A DNA stretch of 64,000 bases. Origin: an uncultured archaeon (GTDB taxonomy: Archaea; Thermoproteota; Bathyarchaeia; Bathyarchaeales; Bathycorpusculaceae). Below, piece after piece: positions 42,628 to 53,711 of this stretch (position 1 is its first letter; each line of letters begins with the position of its first letter). The position numbers were made by a program, and so were the translations under genes. The notes beneath the pieces were generated by a model. That model saw only the letters and a program-made list of their open reading frames with translations. It did no database searches and had not been told where the DNA came from. Location: the NCBI GenBank assembly GCA_963782915.1, contig CAWALK010000018.1, positions 64,001 through 128,000 of the forward strand, read 5' to 3'.

Positions 42628-43132
42628 ATGAATAAGAAAGCATTGGATTCCCTCGGGCATAAGCGCACTGCGACTTGCAGCCCTGCCCCTCTTCGTTTAC
42701 CTCTACAGCCTCAGCAACATAGCGGCTTGTTTGGTTGTGCTTGTGTTTTGTGCAGCCACCGACTACTTCGACGGCTACTATGCACGCAAACTAAATGTAG
42801 CCTCCAAGTTCGGCGCCTACTTCGACGCCACAACCGACTTCACCTTAATGATTGGCATATTCGCATTCTTCACCCTCGAAGGATATTACTCCATCGGATT
42901 GGTGCTCGTCATAGCAGCCGCTTTCATCCAGTTTATAATCACAAGCGTCTACGCCAAAAAACTCTACGACCCAGTGGGCAGATACCTTGGCAGCGCCCTC
43001 TACATCGGCGTCGTCCTAACCCTGCTATTCCCAATGGAGGCGATCTTTAGTTTTGTGCAATACGCATTTGCTGGGTTCTTTTTGGTTTCGCTTGGGAGCC
43101 GAATCTGGAGTTTAACAAAAAAGAATCCGTAG
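42628..43132 (+). CDS. CDP-alcohol phosphatidyltransferase family protein, frameshifted N-terminus
   Basis: TDYFDGYYARKLN.ASKFGAYFDATTD signature. Confidence 0.85.
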
Positions 43133-43139
43133 AGCGCTT

Positions 43140-44408
43140 CTACTTTTTTCGCCAAAACACAAACGTTCCAGCAATAGCGGCAGCCAACACCAATTCAGAA
43201 ACACCTATCGCCATAAACTCAACCGAGCCCGTTTTGGGGTAATCGAGTTTTGCTAGCCAAACCGACTGGTTTTCTGATGCAACCATTATGTAGCCGCCGT
43301 CTTTGGCGTTTATGATTGTGTTAAAGTTTGCTTCTAACCCAACTGGCAAAGTGACATCGGAGAGTGTGGTATTCCAGAATGGCTGCCCCATGTTATCGGT
43401 CAAGATGATACCCGTGCGGTTTTGGCTCTGATATTCTACGAGTAAGTACCCCTTTGATGTTTGGAGGGCACTAACGATGGCGCACCAGTCCGTACCATAG
43501 GTTTGGTTCCACTGCATTGCGCCGTCACCATCAACTTTAACGACCCATGCGGGCTTCTGCCACAGATAACCGCCCATCAAATACCCGCCGTCACTGGTTG
43601 TTATGGCGAAGTTGCACTCAGGCTGGTAATAATACCCATATCCACCATAAGTCGAGTTGGCAAGTACACGTCCGTCTGCATCCAATTTTATGAGTCGGTA
43701 GAATGCTTGGTTGGGAACAAACGAGTAGCTAGTACCCGCCAATACGTATCCGCCGTCGGAGGTTTGAATGATCCTTGAAGGACAATCAGCGATAGGCCCC
43801 GAAATATTTCTGCTCCACTGCATGCTACCCGCTGAATCGGTTTTAACAAACCAAATCCAACCCAAACTGTCTTCGGCTGGCTCCCCAAACCCTGCAAAAG
43901 CAAACCCGCCGTCGCTGGTCTCTATGATGGACATGAAATAGTTTACTGGGGCGCCTGAATTGTATGTTTTAGTCCATTGGATGTTTCCCTGCGAATCCGT
44001 CTTCACCAAGGTATACTGGTTATCGACGATTCCAGCTAAGAGAAAACCGCCGTCACGCAGCGCCAGCAGTCGCGGGAGAGCGGTGCTGTTTTGGCCGATT
44101 TGAATCGACTGAGTCCACAACAAACGGTAATTCGGGTCGAGTTTTGTTAGAAAAGTACATGTTTGATTAACGCTGTTTAATACCAAACTTCCGTCCCCCA
44201 ATTGGTATACATTGTAACCGACAACTCCAGGCAGATTAGCCCTGTAATTCAACAGGAGCCGACAACATGCTATAATTCGGGGTTTGGGCGTCAATAAGCA
44301 TCAGAGATAAGGATGAAACTAATAGCACTGCAATCAACGCTACCCAGAAAGCTTTTTTTGTTTTAGATTTCGATTTTTGTTGCGTCCGCTAAATCCCTCA
44401 GTCACCAT
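43140..44408 (-). CDS. Secreted, C-terminally anchored beta-propeller protein (delta-60-like repeats); frameshifted near 44270
   Basis: Repeats LVKTDS.GNIQW, QTSDGGYVLAG, VKVDGDGAMQWNQTYG; C-terminal TM plus RKK. Confidence 0.7.
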
Positions 44409-44535
44409 ACTACAGCATCCGATAAAATATTACTCTAATGTTGGAACATACCGTTCCAGACTTGGAACACAGTGAAACTCAAAACTTTATGTATTGAATC
44501 ATCTATTGCCTCATCTTGTACGGTCGATACGTCAA

Positions 44536-45569
44536 TTGGGGCAAAATAGCTTTAGCAAAATTCGAGTTTCCGTAGGCACCGCAATTGTTCTGGGGCTTTT
44601 AGATGGCAAATTGGATGCGGCACCAACAACCGCCTACCTAATGACTTATCGGGAAGGCAAATGCACATGCTAACTGTGGCTTCTGTCCCCAAGCGCGAGA
44701 GAGCAAAAGCAGCAGCCAACTCCTTTCCCGAGTTACATGGCCAACTTTTCCAACCCTCGAAGTGTTAAATGCACTTACTGTTGCGGTTGAACAGAAAAAA
44801 ATCGGGCGCGTCTGCATACAAGCGCTAAACTACCCAGAAGTATTCACTGAACTTGAAGCGCTCGTGGTAGAAATCAAAAAGCGTTGTTCAGTTGCAGTTT
44901 CGGTTTCTTGTCAACCACAAACCAAACAAAACATAGAACGCTTGAAGGCAAGCGGGCGTTGACAGGTTGGGTATTGCTTTGGATGCAGCAACAGAATCTG
45001 TATTCAATCGAGTCAAAGGTGCAGGTGTCGGGGGCTGTTATAGCTGGGAAACCCAGTTTTCTTTGTTCTCTGAAGCTTTATCGGTTTTTGGCAAAGGCAA
45101 TGTTAGTACGCATGTGATTGTGGGGTTAGGCGAAACCGAGAAGGAAGCTGTGGAAATTGTTCAGAGGTGTGTTGATTTGGGGGTTTTGCCTGCACTGTTC
45201 GCTTTTACACCAGTGCGAGGGACGGCATTGGAGGGATATTTGCCGCCGAAATTGGAATCGTATAGGCGAATTCAGCTTGCCCGATACCTAATAGTCAACG
45301 GCAAAACAGAGGCAAGCAAGATCGGTTTTGATGTTAACGGCAAAATCGTAAGCTATGGAGTACCCCAAGAAGCCATAGAACCCATAATCGAAGACGGCGC
45401 ACCCTTCCGCACATCAGGCTGTCCCGACTGCAACCGACCCTACTACAACGAAAAACCAAGCGGACCCATCTACAACTACCCCAAAAAACAAAACAAAGAA
45501 GAAATAAAGAAAATAAAAACACGAATTAGGGTACTAATTGATCAGCGGTTTGCGAAGGCGACTTCTTAG
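44536..45569 (+). CDS. lipS2: Radical SAM protein, archaeal lipoyl synthase LipS2-like, in three fragments
   Basis: IRVSVGTA, PTTAYLMTY, C..NC.FCPQAR (broken by an indel), LSRVTWP, TSGCPDCNRP. Confidence 0.7.
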
Positions 45570-46875
45570 CTGATTTTGGCAGCTTGGGGCGCTGGCGTGT
45601 CACTTGCTCAACTAGATGCCAGAACTCATCCATCGTGTAACCCTTGAGTAGGTCCTTCATGAGTTTCTTGACTTGGTAGTACGTCATTTGTGCTTCGCCC
45701 TTGTCGAGGCTTTCCTGTGGACCCTTTATGCGTCGGAACAATTCGTCCATTTGGCGTGGTGAAGCTCTGATGCCTGCTTTCTCGAGTAGTTTCTGAATCA
45801 GCGTTTGACCTGTGTTTCTGCCGATGAATATCATGGTTTCTCTGCCCACGATTTCAGGTGGGAACGGTTCAAAGACCAGTGGCTGCTGCATCATTTCTTC
45901 GACTTCTTCTTCGACTTCGTGGGTGAAGATGTTTTCGCCGATGATGGGTTTGTGGAATTGGATTGGCATGGCAAAGGCTTTTTCGGCTGATTGTGCGATG
46001 CGGTAGATTTTGCCCATGTCTATGCCTGTGTCGATGTTGTAGAGTAGTTCAGCGGTTGTTACTACTTCTTCGAAGGGTGCGATGCCTGCGCGTTCGCCAA
46101 ATCCAGCGATGCAGGTGTGCAGGATTGAGACGCCTTCTTCCATGGCGGCTAAGGTGTTTGCGGAAGCTAAGCCGAAGTCGTTGTGGCAGTGGATTGAGAG
46201 GTTTGCTTTCTTCTTCACTGCTTCAGGTAAGCCGTCGCGGATGTGAGATACCAAGTAACGCATGGAGAGTGGCCGTATGAAGCCGACGCTGTCTGCGATG
46301 GCTAATCGGATTGCTCCAGCGTTTGCGGCTGCTTCGAAAACTTGAAGTATATCTTCCAGCGGTGTTCTGGTGGCATCCATGAGTGTAAAGTTCACGGTTG
46401 TACCATGCTTCTTACAGTAGTCGATGGAGTCAACGATACGCTGTACTGCCTGCTCCTTAGTCATCTTTAACTTATACTGTAAGTTTAAGCCGTTGACGGG
46501 TGATTCCAAAGTGATTTCTTTTATACCGCATTCTATGCAGGCGTTCAAACTGTTTTTGGTAGGTTCAGCTGAAGCAGTAAGTTTAGCGTGAACGAAGCTT
46601 TCGTTTACTATACGCTTGACTGTGCGGCGTTCATCTTCTGATAGTGCGGGGAACCCGACGTTAATTACAGTGACGCCGGCTTCATCCATCAACTTTGCGA
46701 GCCTAACCTGCTCAACATAAGTTAAGTAAACCGTCGGTGCCTTGATGCCTTCACGGAAGGTTTCATCCCAGATGAATACGCGGTCTGGTAGTTTAGGCGG
46801 CAGGTTCTTTCGTAGACGGTTATAATTAGCTATTAATCCCTGCGCTTCTAGTTTTTTGAATATGGTCTTCCTCAT
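45526..46875 (-). CDS. Isopropylmalate/homocitrate/citramalate synthase-family (DRE-TIM) protein with divergent motifs
   Basis: DETFREG, DATRT, ADSVG, HCHNDFGLA.AN, GFGERAG, KPIIGENIFTHE. Confidence 0.8.
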   Translation of the reverse strand: MRKTIFKKLEAQGLIANYNRLRKNLPPKLPDRVFIWDETFREGIKAPTVYLTYVEQVRLAKLMDEAGVTVINVGFPALSEDERRTVKRIVNESFVHAKLTASAEPTKNSLNACIECGIKEITLESPVNGLNLQYKLKMTKEQAVQRIVDSIDYCKKHGTTVNFTLMDATRTPLEDILQVFEAAANAGAIRLAIADSVGFIRPLSMRYLVSHIRDGLPEAVKKKANLSIHCHNDFGLASANTLAAMEEGVSILHTCIAGFGERAGIAPFEEVVTTAELLYNIDTGIDMGKIYRIAQSAEKAFAMPIQFHKPIIGENIFTHEVEEEVEEMMQQPLVFEPFPPEIVGRETMIFIGRNTGQTLIQKLLEKAGIRASPRQMDELFRRIKGPQESLDKGEAQMTYYQVKKLMKDLLKGYTMDEFWHLVEQVTRQRPKLPKSAKKSPSQTADQLVP

Positions 46876-47068
46876 TTAGACACATTCCAATAATGTGAGC
46901 AAATTAGTTATGTTTAATTTGCAAATGCCTATATAAAACTGCATCTATATTTTTCGAACGCATATTCAGTTTTTGACTAAAAAAACGTTTTTTTCTCAAT
47001 AAAACCTATAGTGCAAAAGTCTTAAGTGCAAAAACAACCAATCTACTTACCTCTGGGAAGGAAGCACA

Positions 47069-47287
47069 ATGAGCAGTCTCAAAACAACTGTTGACAAAAT
47101 CAAGAGTTTAGAAGAGGAAAAAAGAAATCTTTTACTTGAAATTGAATCACTCAGAAAACAGGCAGAGTCAAGAGCCAACACGTTGGAGAATGAAGTGGGC
47201 GCTTTGCGGGAAGAAGTAAAATCGCTTAAAATCATAGTGAATGGACCAGCCCCTGAATCGCCTGTGCCAAATAAAATACAAGTATAG
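47069..47287 (+). CDS. Small coiled-coil hypothetical protein
   Basis: Heptad-rich 72-aa ORF with GGAAGG upstream. Confidence 0.6.
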   Translation: MSSLKTTVDKIKSLEEEKRNLLLEIESLRKQAESRANTLENEVGALREEVKSLKIIVNGPAPESPVPNKIQV

Positions 47288-47350
47288 CCAGTTAAGCTCT
47301 CAAAAATTGGATAAAGAAAAGAGTGCACGACTTAAAGCCATTTTTAGGGT

Positions 47351-47698
47351 CTAATTAACAGCCACTTTATCCATACTTGGTCTATCGTAACCAGATAGGT
47401 CAACCCTCAATTTTACAGCTTTAACCACTGAAACCCAAGCAACCACAAAAAGCCCCACAAACAACGCTACAAACAAACCCAAAAAAATGAGATCGCCAGT
47501 CCAAAACAGTTGGATAAGAAGCAAAGTACCTAATCCGCCGCCTACTCCCCCAATCGCACCGCCAATAGCGCTGTTGGTATCTTTGTTTTCTACTCTAAGC
47601 TTTGAGTGGCAGGTGGAACATGTGATTGCATTGTAGTTGGTGAGCACCAAGAGTTTTCTGGCTTGAATGCTGCTGCCACAGTTCGGACAAACAACCAT
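47351..47698 (-). CDS. Zn-ribbon (2x CxxC) two-TM protein
   Basis: CPNC...CSTC then two TMs; GGAG SD. Confidence 0.65.
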   Translation of the reverse strand: MVVCPNCGSSIQARKLLVLTNYNAITCSTCHSKLRVENKDTNSAIGGAIGGVGGGLGTLLLIQLFWTGDLIFLGLFVALFVGLFVVAWVSVVKAVKLRVDLSGYDRPSMDKVAVN

Positions 47699-48201
47699 TC
47701 TTTTTTACTCCAAATTTCATAGTTCAAGTTTACGGTTATTTCTATTACTTGTTTTTTCTTGCCATTCTCATTTCTTGTTTTTTTGCGCAGCCACATACCC
47801 TCAGTTAAAAAAGTAGCATTGCAATAGCCGTCGGTGCAATTAAATAAAACAGGTACAAATTGGGGTTTCTCCATTTGTAAAAAGGGCAATGCAATCACTA
47901 ATGTTTCAACGACGAGGATGCCAACGAAGAAAAATGCGTAGCAAATAAGCCGTGGCACCAGGGTTTTTCCGACCCAGAGGTGCCCGCTTATGTTGATTTT
48001 TTCTTTGATTGCATATTCGCCATATTCATTTTTGGTGATTAAGCCAAGTGTTTCAAGTTTTTGGAGGTGCCAATGTGCAACGCTTGGGCTGCTTAGACCA
48101 GCGAGGCGCATGGTTTCGCGTGGGCCCAATGGTTTGTCTTCTTTAACCATGCAGGAGTAAACGTTCAGGGTTGTGCCTTCGAGTTCTTCAACGTTTGTCA
48201 T
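47590..48201 (-). CDS. Membrane-tethered winged-helix regulator; C-terminus frameshifted
   Basis: LEGTTLNVY, GPRE..R..GLSSPSVA.WHL.KL...GL then TM. Confidence 0.7.
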   Translation of the reverse strand: MTNVEELEGTTLNVYSCMVKEDKPLGPRETMRLAGLSSPSVAHWHLQKLETLGLITKNEYGEYAIKEKINISGHLWVGKTLVPRLICYAFFFVGILVVETLVIALPFLQMEKPQFVPVLFNCTDGYCNATFLTEGMWLRKKTRNENGKKKQVIEITVNLNYEIWSKKEWLFVRTVAAAFKPENSWCSPTTMQSHVPPATQSLE

Positions 48202-49412
48202 GGCTGGTCATCCTGTTTGATGTATAATTCGACGCCGTCAGCTCGAACTTGGAAATATTGATTCTGAGATAATGCCGCGTTGTATAGGTACCCGTCGGAG
48301 GTTTTTTGGAGAGCAACGGTTTTTATGCAAAACGCTGAGTAAACAGTGTCGGTGTAGGTTCCGTTGACGGGCATGTTTGTGATATAGCTTGTAACAGACC
48401 CATAGAGGTCCAATTGGCCAGTATCCATGAGGGTAACTGTCTGGTTGACGCCGGCTAAGTCGCTGTTTAGGGTTGTGTTGCCTGTAAACATGATAAGCCT
48501 TGATTGGTGGGGCAGCCAAGCTCTGTCAAAACCTTTGCCGCCTATCCAACGGAGGGCTTGACCCATACCTCCGCCCATATACCATCCGCTGAACTTTGTC
48601 ATCGGAAGCCCGGCACTGGCATTTCCGGAACCGCCATAGAGAGGAACACTGGGGGTTAATACCAGATTTGCTAATGTGTTTGTGGATATGACCATGGGTT
48701 TTGGATTGTACGGTTGAACTCTTCCAGTAACATCTACCCATGCGCCGTTGATGTAAATGTGAGTAGCCACTAAATCTGTACTGGAATAGTACTCGGCGAT
48801 TGGAACCCCTTCCATCCATATGCCGTTTTCTGAAGCGTTTTCTGGCAAAGAGGGAATATTTGACTGAGTGGTATGCTGGGAGTTCAGTATGTGCATGACA
48901 TTGTAAGGGTAGTCGGTGCCGGGAATCCATGTAGTATTTAGCAATTCACCATCGAGATAAATTGCTTCAACTACGCCGCCATAGTTGGGGCCTCTATCGG
49001 GTATAGAACCTAAACTAAATGATGTACCGCCTAGGACTGAATCAATGGTTCTTATGCTGTGGGCTGCATCAAAACCTGCCTCATACATGTAACCGATGTT
49101 ATCTGAGATGTTAGTTATGTTAGCTACAACGGTGTAGGATACGTTTGTATCCTGTAGGATTCTGGTTCTAGCCTCATATGTTACGTTGCCAACAAACCCA
49201 TAACTTGGAACAGATTCTGTAAGGTTTCTTTGACCCTGGATTATAGTAAAGTTAGCGTATACAATATCTATGCTAAAGGTTGCTTTGGGGCCCTCAGGAA
49301 CCCGCGGATAAGGCTGAACATCAAGCGGCGCAACAAGCATCGGTGCAGCAAACGCCGTACCACTAAGCAAAGCCAAAACTGCGACTGCAATTAGTTTGTA
49401 CTTGAACTCCAT
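48198..49412 (-). CDS. Secreted hypothetical protein with many N-X-S/T sequons
   Basis: Signal peptide MEFKYKLIAVAVLALLSGTAFA; 404 aa intact. Confidence 0.7.
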   Translation of the reverse strand: MEFKYKLIAVAVLALLSGTAFAAPMLVAPLDVQPYPRVPEGPKATFSIDIVYANFTIIQGQRNLTESVPSYGFVGNVTYEARTRILQDTNVSYTVVANITNISDNIGYMYEAGFDAAHSIRTIDSVLGGTSFSLGSIPDRGPNYGGVVEAIYLDGELLNTTWIPGTDYPYNVMHILNSQHTTQSNIPSLPENASENGIWMEGVPIAEYYSSTDLVATHIYINGAWVDVTGRVQPYNPKPMVISTNTLANLVLTPSVPLYGGSGNASAGLPMTKFSGWYMGGGMGQALRWIGGKGFDRAWLPHQSRLIMFTGNTTLNSDLAGVNQTVTLMDTGQLDLYGSVTSYITNMPVNGTYTDTVYSAFCIKTVALQKTSDGYLYNAALSQNQYFQVRADGVELYIKQDDQP

Positions 49413-49501
49413 ACGCTACCACTGAAAGCAATGTTGGAATAGTGCTTATTAGCTCTGGCTATAGAACGCCTTGTTCTACTGGCAGAACGCGGAAAGCGGA
49501 G

Positions 49502-50359
49502 TTAAGTGGGGGAAGAGGGAGTTCTCTGCATTAGAGAGTTTACTGCTTGAGCAAGCGTATTGCACGCGGTTTGTCTGGCTTCTGTGGATGTATCGGTTTC
49601 GAGTTTCTCCAGTTCCTTATGTAAGCGATCCGAGGTTTCATTTAGTTCCTGCTTGCGTTTCTCATAGTTGTCATGCAGTTTTTCCTGTTCAACCTTAAAA
49701 GTCTCCACTGAAATCTCTAACTCGTTCTTGGTGGCTTTGAGTTTCTGGGTGGTTTGCGTTAATCTTTCTGCGGCTTGACGTTTTTCTTTGAATTTGAAGA
49801 AACCGACTTTTACGTCTTGCTGGCTAGCTAAGTCGTCCTCTAATTCGTGAACAGTGGCGCTTAAGCGTTGGAGTTCAGTATTGCGTCTGTTGCTAAGCTC
49901 ACGTGTTTTCTCCGCATATTCCTTGTCGGCATCTGAGATTTTATGGTTGTTTTCTTCGAGGGCTTTAGCTTCCTCTGTTAGGTTGGATTCTGCGAGTCTA
50001 TCCTCGGCTAAGGCGGCTTCAACGTCTGAGAAAACCTGCGCCCGCGTCTTTTGGAATTGTTCATCTACAGATATCGTTGGGTTGGATTCAAATTCTGAAA
50101 CAACTTGGCTTAGATTAACTAACCAATCATCAAAGTATTGACTAAAGGGTGATAGAGCGAAAATTTGGTTACCAAGCCTGTTAATGCCTCCTAATGTTCG
50201 CTCGGCAACTTGTTTTGCGGAGACTTCAGGGGTTTCTTCTTGGAGATATTTAGCGGTTTGTTTTTGCTTTTTCTCTTTTGATTTCTTTTCACGCGTGGTT
50301 TTGGATGGTTGTCTGCCTGTGCCCTTGCGGCCTGTTTGTGATCTGAAAGTCATAATCAA
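49502..50359 (-). CDS. Coiled-coil hypothetical protein
   Basis: Basic N-terminus, LGNQIFALSPFSQYFDDWL, long heptad region. Confidence 0.7.
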   Translation of the reverse strand: MIMTFRSQTGRKGTGRQPSKTTREKKSKEKKQKQTAKYLQEETPEVSAKQVAERTLGGINRLGNQIFALSPFSQYFDDWLVNLSQVVSEFESNPTISVDEQFQKTRAQVFSDVEAALAEDRLAESNLTEEAKALEENNHKISDADKEYAEKTRELSNRRNTELQRLSATVHELEDDLASQQDVKVGFFKFKEKRQAAERLTQTTQKLKATKNELEISVETFKVEQEKLHDNYEKRKQELNETSDRLHKELEKLETDTSTEARQTACNTLAQAVNSLMQRTPSSPT

Positions 50360-50446
50360 ACCAGTTGGCGAAGGAAATATTTAAAGAATCGCACAGTCCG
50401 CGGTTAAGCGGTTGTGTGGTACCCATGCGGGTCAGGTTTGTTTTCT

Positions 50447-51400
50447 TTAGCGTTTTGCGTTTTTTGGGTGTTTTTTGGGTTCAGGGGTTCTGCTTTGCGC
50501 TGTTTTGGATTTGCGTTTTTGGATAAGAAGCAGAGCAGCTATTACAGCAACTATTGCCACTGCGATGACTACCCCGTAGATTATGTTTTGATCATTCCCC
50601 GTGCTGTTTCCTGATTCCACGCTTGATGGGTTAACATTTGATGGTTCCACGGTTCCGCCTGGAATAGGTGTTGAGGTTTCATTGATTACTGGGGCAGCGC
50701 CTGTAAGTTTGGGTGATTTTACCTGGACCAGTAAGCTGTAGGATTTTATGATTTTGTCGGAGGATACAATTGTCTGGTTTAAGTCGTAGGCTGGAACGTC
50801 AAAGGTTGCGCTTGCCCCAGCAGCTATTGAGGTGTTAAAGCTTTTGACGCCTACTGCGATGGGAATGCCCGCTGAATTGTAGAAAGTTCCAATTACAGCC
50901 ACATTTGTTGCTGTTTGGGTGCCAACGTTTTTGAGTTCTCCATGTGCCCAGTATTCACCGTTAGCTTTTGGTGCGCCCTGTTGGCTAGTAATCGTTACGT
51001 TTTGGTATAGGTATTGGTTGGTAGCTACTGCATGGTAAACTTTGAGGGTTATATCGCTGGTATCTATATCGCTAAATGTGGCGCTCTGTGAGTAGAATTC
51101 TAAGTAGAAGGGTGCTTTTTGTCCTGGTAGAAGGTTATTTCCCCAGAGGCTGTTGCCTGTTTCTGTTTGGGTGCCATCCGAGGAGGTTGCTAATCCTGCG
51201 ATGGTAACATTATCGATGACGTTTAAACCTGTATTTTGAACTTCGCCGACTACACATAAGTTGCCAAGGGAGTCCACATAGGAGCTGTAGTTTAGAATTT
51301 TTATGTCTGCTTCAGTTTGGCTTTTAGCACTTGGAATTAAAGTTAATGTTAAAGAAGATATTACAAGCAAAACTAGTAAACAGCTTATTGCTTTTTTCAT
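50447..51400 (-). CDS. Secreted FxLYD (DUF3426-like) tandem-domain protein with C-terminal TM
   Basis: VVGEVQNTG, GELKNVG...GTFYNSAG, TM plus basic tail. Confidence 0.75.
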   Translation of the reverse strand: MKKAISCLLVLLVISSLTLTLIPSAKSQTEADIKILNYSSYVDSLGNLCVVGEVQNTGLNVIDNVTIAGLATSSDGTQTETGNSLWGNNLLPGQKAPFYLEFYSQSATFSDIDTSDITLKVYHAVATNQYLYQNVTITSQQGAPKANGEYWAHGELKNVGTQTATNVAVIGTFYNSAGIPIAVGVKSFNTSIAAGASATFDVPAYDLNQTIVSSDKIIKSYSLLVQVKSPKLTGAAPVINETSTPIPGGTVEPSNVNPSSVESGNSTGNDQNIIYGVVIAVAIVAVIAALLLIQKRKSKTAQSRTPEPKKHPKNAKR

Positions 51401-51581
51401 TAAACGGTACCCTTCATGTCCTTTTATACGGTTTAAAGCAAGAAATCAGGGGTGTGGTATAAAATGGTTTTTCCAAATTAGTTCCAAAGTAAGAAATAAA
51501 AGATTAAGCAGGATGGGTTTGATTTTTGCATCGTAATTTTTAAAAGCAAAGACGCCTCCTAGCTGCTTAGGAACGCTTGCA

Positions 51582-52063
51582 ATGTCTGTAAAATTACGTC
51601 CCTATGTAGTTTTCCTTCCAGTAGAGAAGAAAGATAAAATTCTATCCGCCATATTCGGCTCCAAAGCAGGCGTCGATATCCTACGTTACTCACTAAAACA
51701 GGGCATATCCAAAAACATTTACCAAAAGGACCTCGTAACCAAACTTAACTACTCCAATAAAACCATCATCGAAAACCTCAAATCCCTCACATCTCTTGGC
51801 GTTTTAAACGAGAGTATGGAGAAAAATGATAAAGAGGGTCGAATCATCTGGATAAAAGTCTACCAACTCACAAACTTAGGCAGATGGTTTGCGCTTCTTT
51901 TAGCTGAAGAACAAGAAATTACGGCAGAAGAAAAAACCGAGATCCTACAGAGCCTATTTCCGCACCTACGTCAAACAAGTCAAGCGTTTAGCAGAGGAAA
52001 TCGGTATCAACAAGAAGATGCTGGAAGAAACGTTTAGAGAAGAAATGAAAAGCAACCCCTAAA
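51582..52063 (+). CDS. Winged-helix protein; C-terminus frameshifted
   Basis: YQKDLV..L.YSNKTII..LK.L...GVL, Y.LT..GR. Confidence 0.7.
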
Positions 52064-53641
52064 CTATGGGGCAACTTTTTTCTTGTGTTTTCTGTGCCAC
52101 CAGCGAATATTAGATTCAGCTAGCGTATGCAGCGGCGATAGTATTGGTACATTAGCAAACAGGGTAGCGGCTCTTTCTTGGATTATCTTTTTTGTGGGAA
52201 CCGACGCTCCTGATTGGCTGATGATTTCGTCAAGTTGGCATTTGATGTCGGCTATGGTGAAATCGTAGTCTTCGGGGCTGATTTTTCCTTCAGCTTTTAG
52301 TTTGTTTGTTTCTGCGATGGCGGTTTGGATTGATTCGAAACTTTGGTTTAGCTCGGTTGCCAAGGTGATGTCTGGTTCCGCCATATGCTTTTTCACGTAA
52401 CGTAGCAGCATTGGCACCTGAATCATAATGGAGATGAAGGCTACACCGAACACCATAGTATTAATCAATGCCACATCACTGTCTGAAATGACAACTGTTG
52501 CGGTGATTGTTGCCGCTAACACGATGGATACTGCGCCTCTGACTCCGCCTAACATGGCAACGTGGCTCCACACTTTAGAGGATTTCACGCCCAACGTCTT
52601 TTTGAAGAATGCCAGAATGGGGTATACAGTTGCGGCTCTGCCTATGGTGACTGCGATGAAAGCGGCTGTTATGAGCACGATTGATTGCGGCAACATAAAC
52701 AGGTTAGCTTGGAAACCAATCACTAGGAACGCCACTGTGTTGCCTATGAATGCGATTACCTGCCAGAACCGTTTTACGGATTCACGTTCGGATTCATCCA
52801 TCGCGGTACGCATGGTGTAGCTGCCATAGTATAGACCTGCAACCGAAACTGCGACTAATCCAGATGCACCGACGCCTTCTGCTAAGGCGAAAGACCCGTA
52901 AACTACCACTATTGCCAGAACGGTTTCGACGACGGCATCTGTGACCATGCTTGAGAGGACTTCGCCGACAAAAGCTACAATTAATCCGATTAGGGCTCCG
53001 ACGCCCAGTATGTAGCCGAAGCTTAATGTGGCTTCCATGGGGGAGACTGCTTGTAGGCTTGCGGCTGAGAGTACTAAAGTGAAGATGACGATTGCGGGTG
53101 CATCGTTAAATGCTGATTCGGTTTGCAGTAGCGTTGCAAGTCTTGAGGGCACTTTTACTCTGCGAAAAACCTCAAGCACAGTTACGACGTCTGTGGGTGC
53201 GATTAATGCTGCAAAAAGGAATGAAACGTATGGTGAGAGGCCTAATCCGAGCCATAAAACTAAGCCGCAGACGACGGTTGCTATGACTACTCCGACGGTT
53301 GCAAGCGCCAATGCGGGTCGAAGGACTCTTTTGAGGTCGTCTGAGCGGATATGTATCATGGCTTCAAAGAGCAACGGTGGAAGTATCAAGCCGACGAATA
53401 AGCCTCCGCTTCCTCCAGTAACTAATCCGTCGTAGGCGGATTGTATCTGCGAAATAAACGCTAAAGCAGGTTCCTGCATTGGGCCGCCATTTAGGGAGAG
53501 CACTGTTAGGGTTACTGTGGTTCCGACGCCAAGTAAAACCAGGATGACGGTGTAGGGGATTTTTAGGCGTAGAGAAATAAGCGCTGTTATGAATACTAGC
53601 AGTAGGAACCCTGAAATCATTAGTTCTATGCTTAGCGCCAC
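52064..53641 (-). CDS. CPA1 Na+/H+ antiporter
   Basis: LPPLLFEA, APTDVV.V, ESAFND, GGVRGAVS. Confidence 0.9.
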   Translation of the reverse strand: MALSIELMISGFLLLVFITALISLRLKIPYTVILVLLGVGTTVTLTVLSLNGGPMQEPALAFISQIQSAYDGLVTGGSGGLFVGLILPPLLFEAMIHIRSDDLKRVLRPALALATVGVVIATVVCGLVLWLGLGLSPYVSFLFAALIAPTDVVTVLEVFRRVKVPSRLATLLQTESAFNDAPAIVIFTLVLSAASLQAVSPMEATLSFGYILGVGALIGLIVAFVGEVLSSMVTDAVVETVLAIVVVYGSFALAEGVGASGLVAVSVAGLYYGSYTMRTAMDESERESVKRFWQVIAFIGNTVAFLVIGFQANLFMLPQSIVLITAAFIAVTIGRAATVYPILAFFKKTLGVKSSKVWSHVAMLGGVRGAVSIVLAATITATVVISDSDVALINTMVFGVAFISIMIQVPMLLRYVKKHMAEPDITLATELNQSFESIQTAIAETNKLKAEGKISPEDYDFTIADIKCQLDEIISQSGASVPTKKIIQERAATLFANVPILSPLHTLAESNIRWWHRKHKKKVAP

Positions 53642-53711
53642 TTAGTCTGCACCGTCTTAGCGCTTAGATGCAGCTTTCATCTTTTATCTTTTCCCCAAAT
53701 CCCAAGACAGT

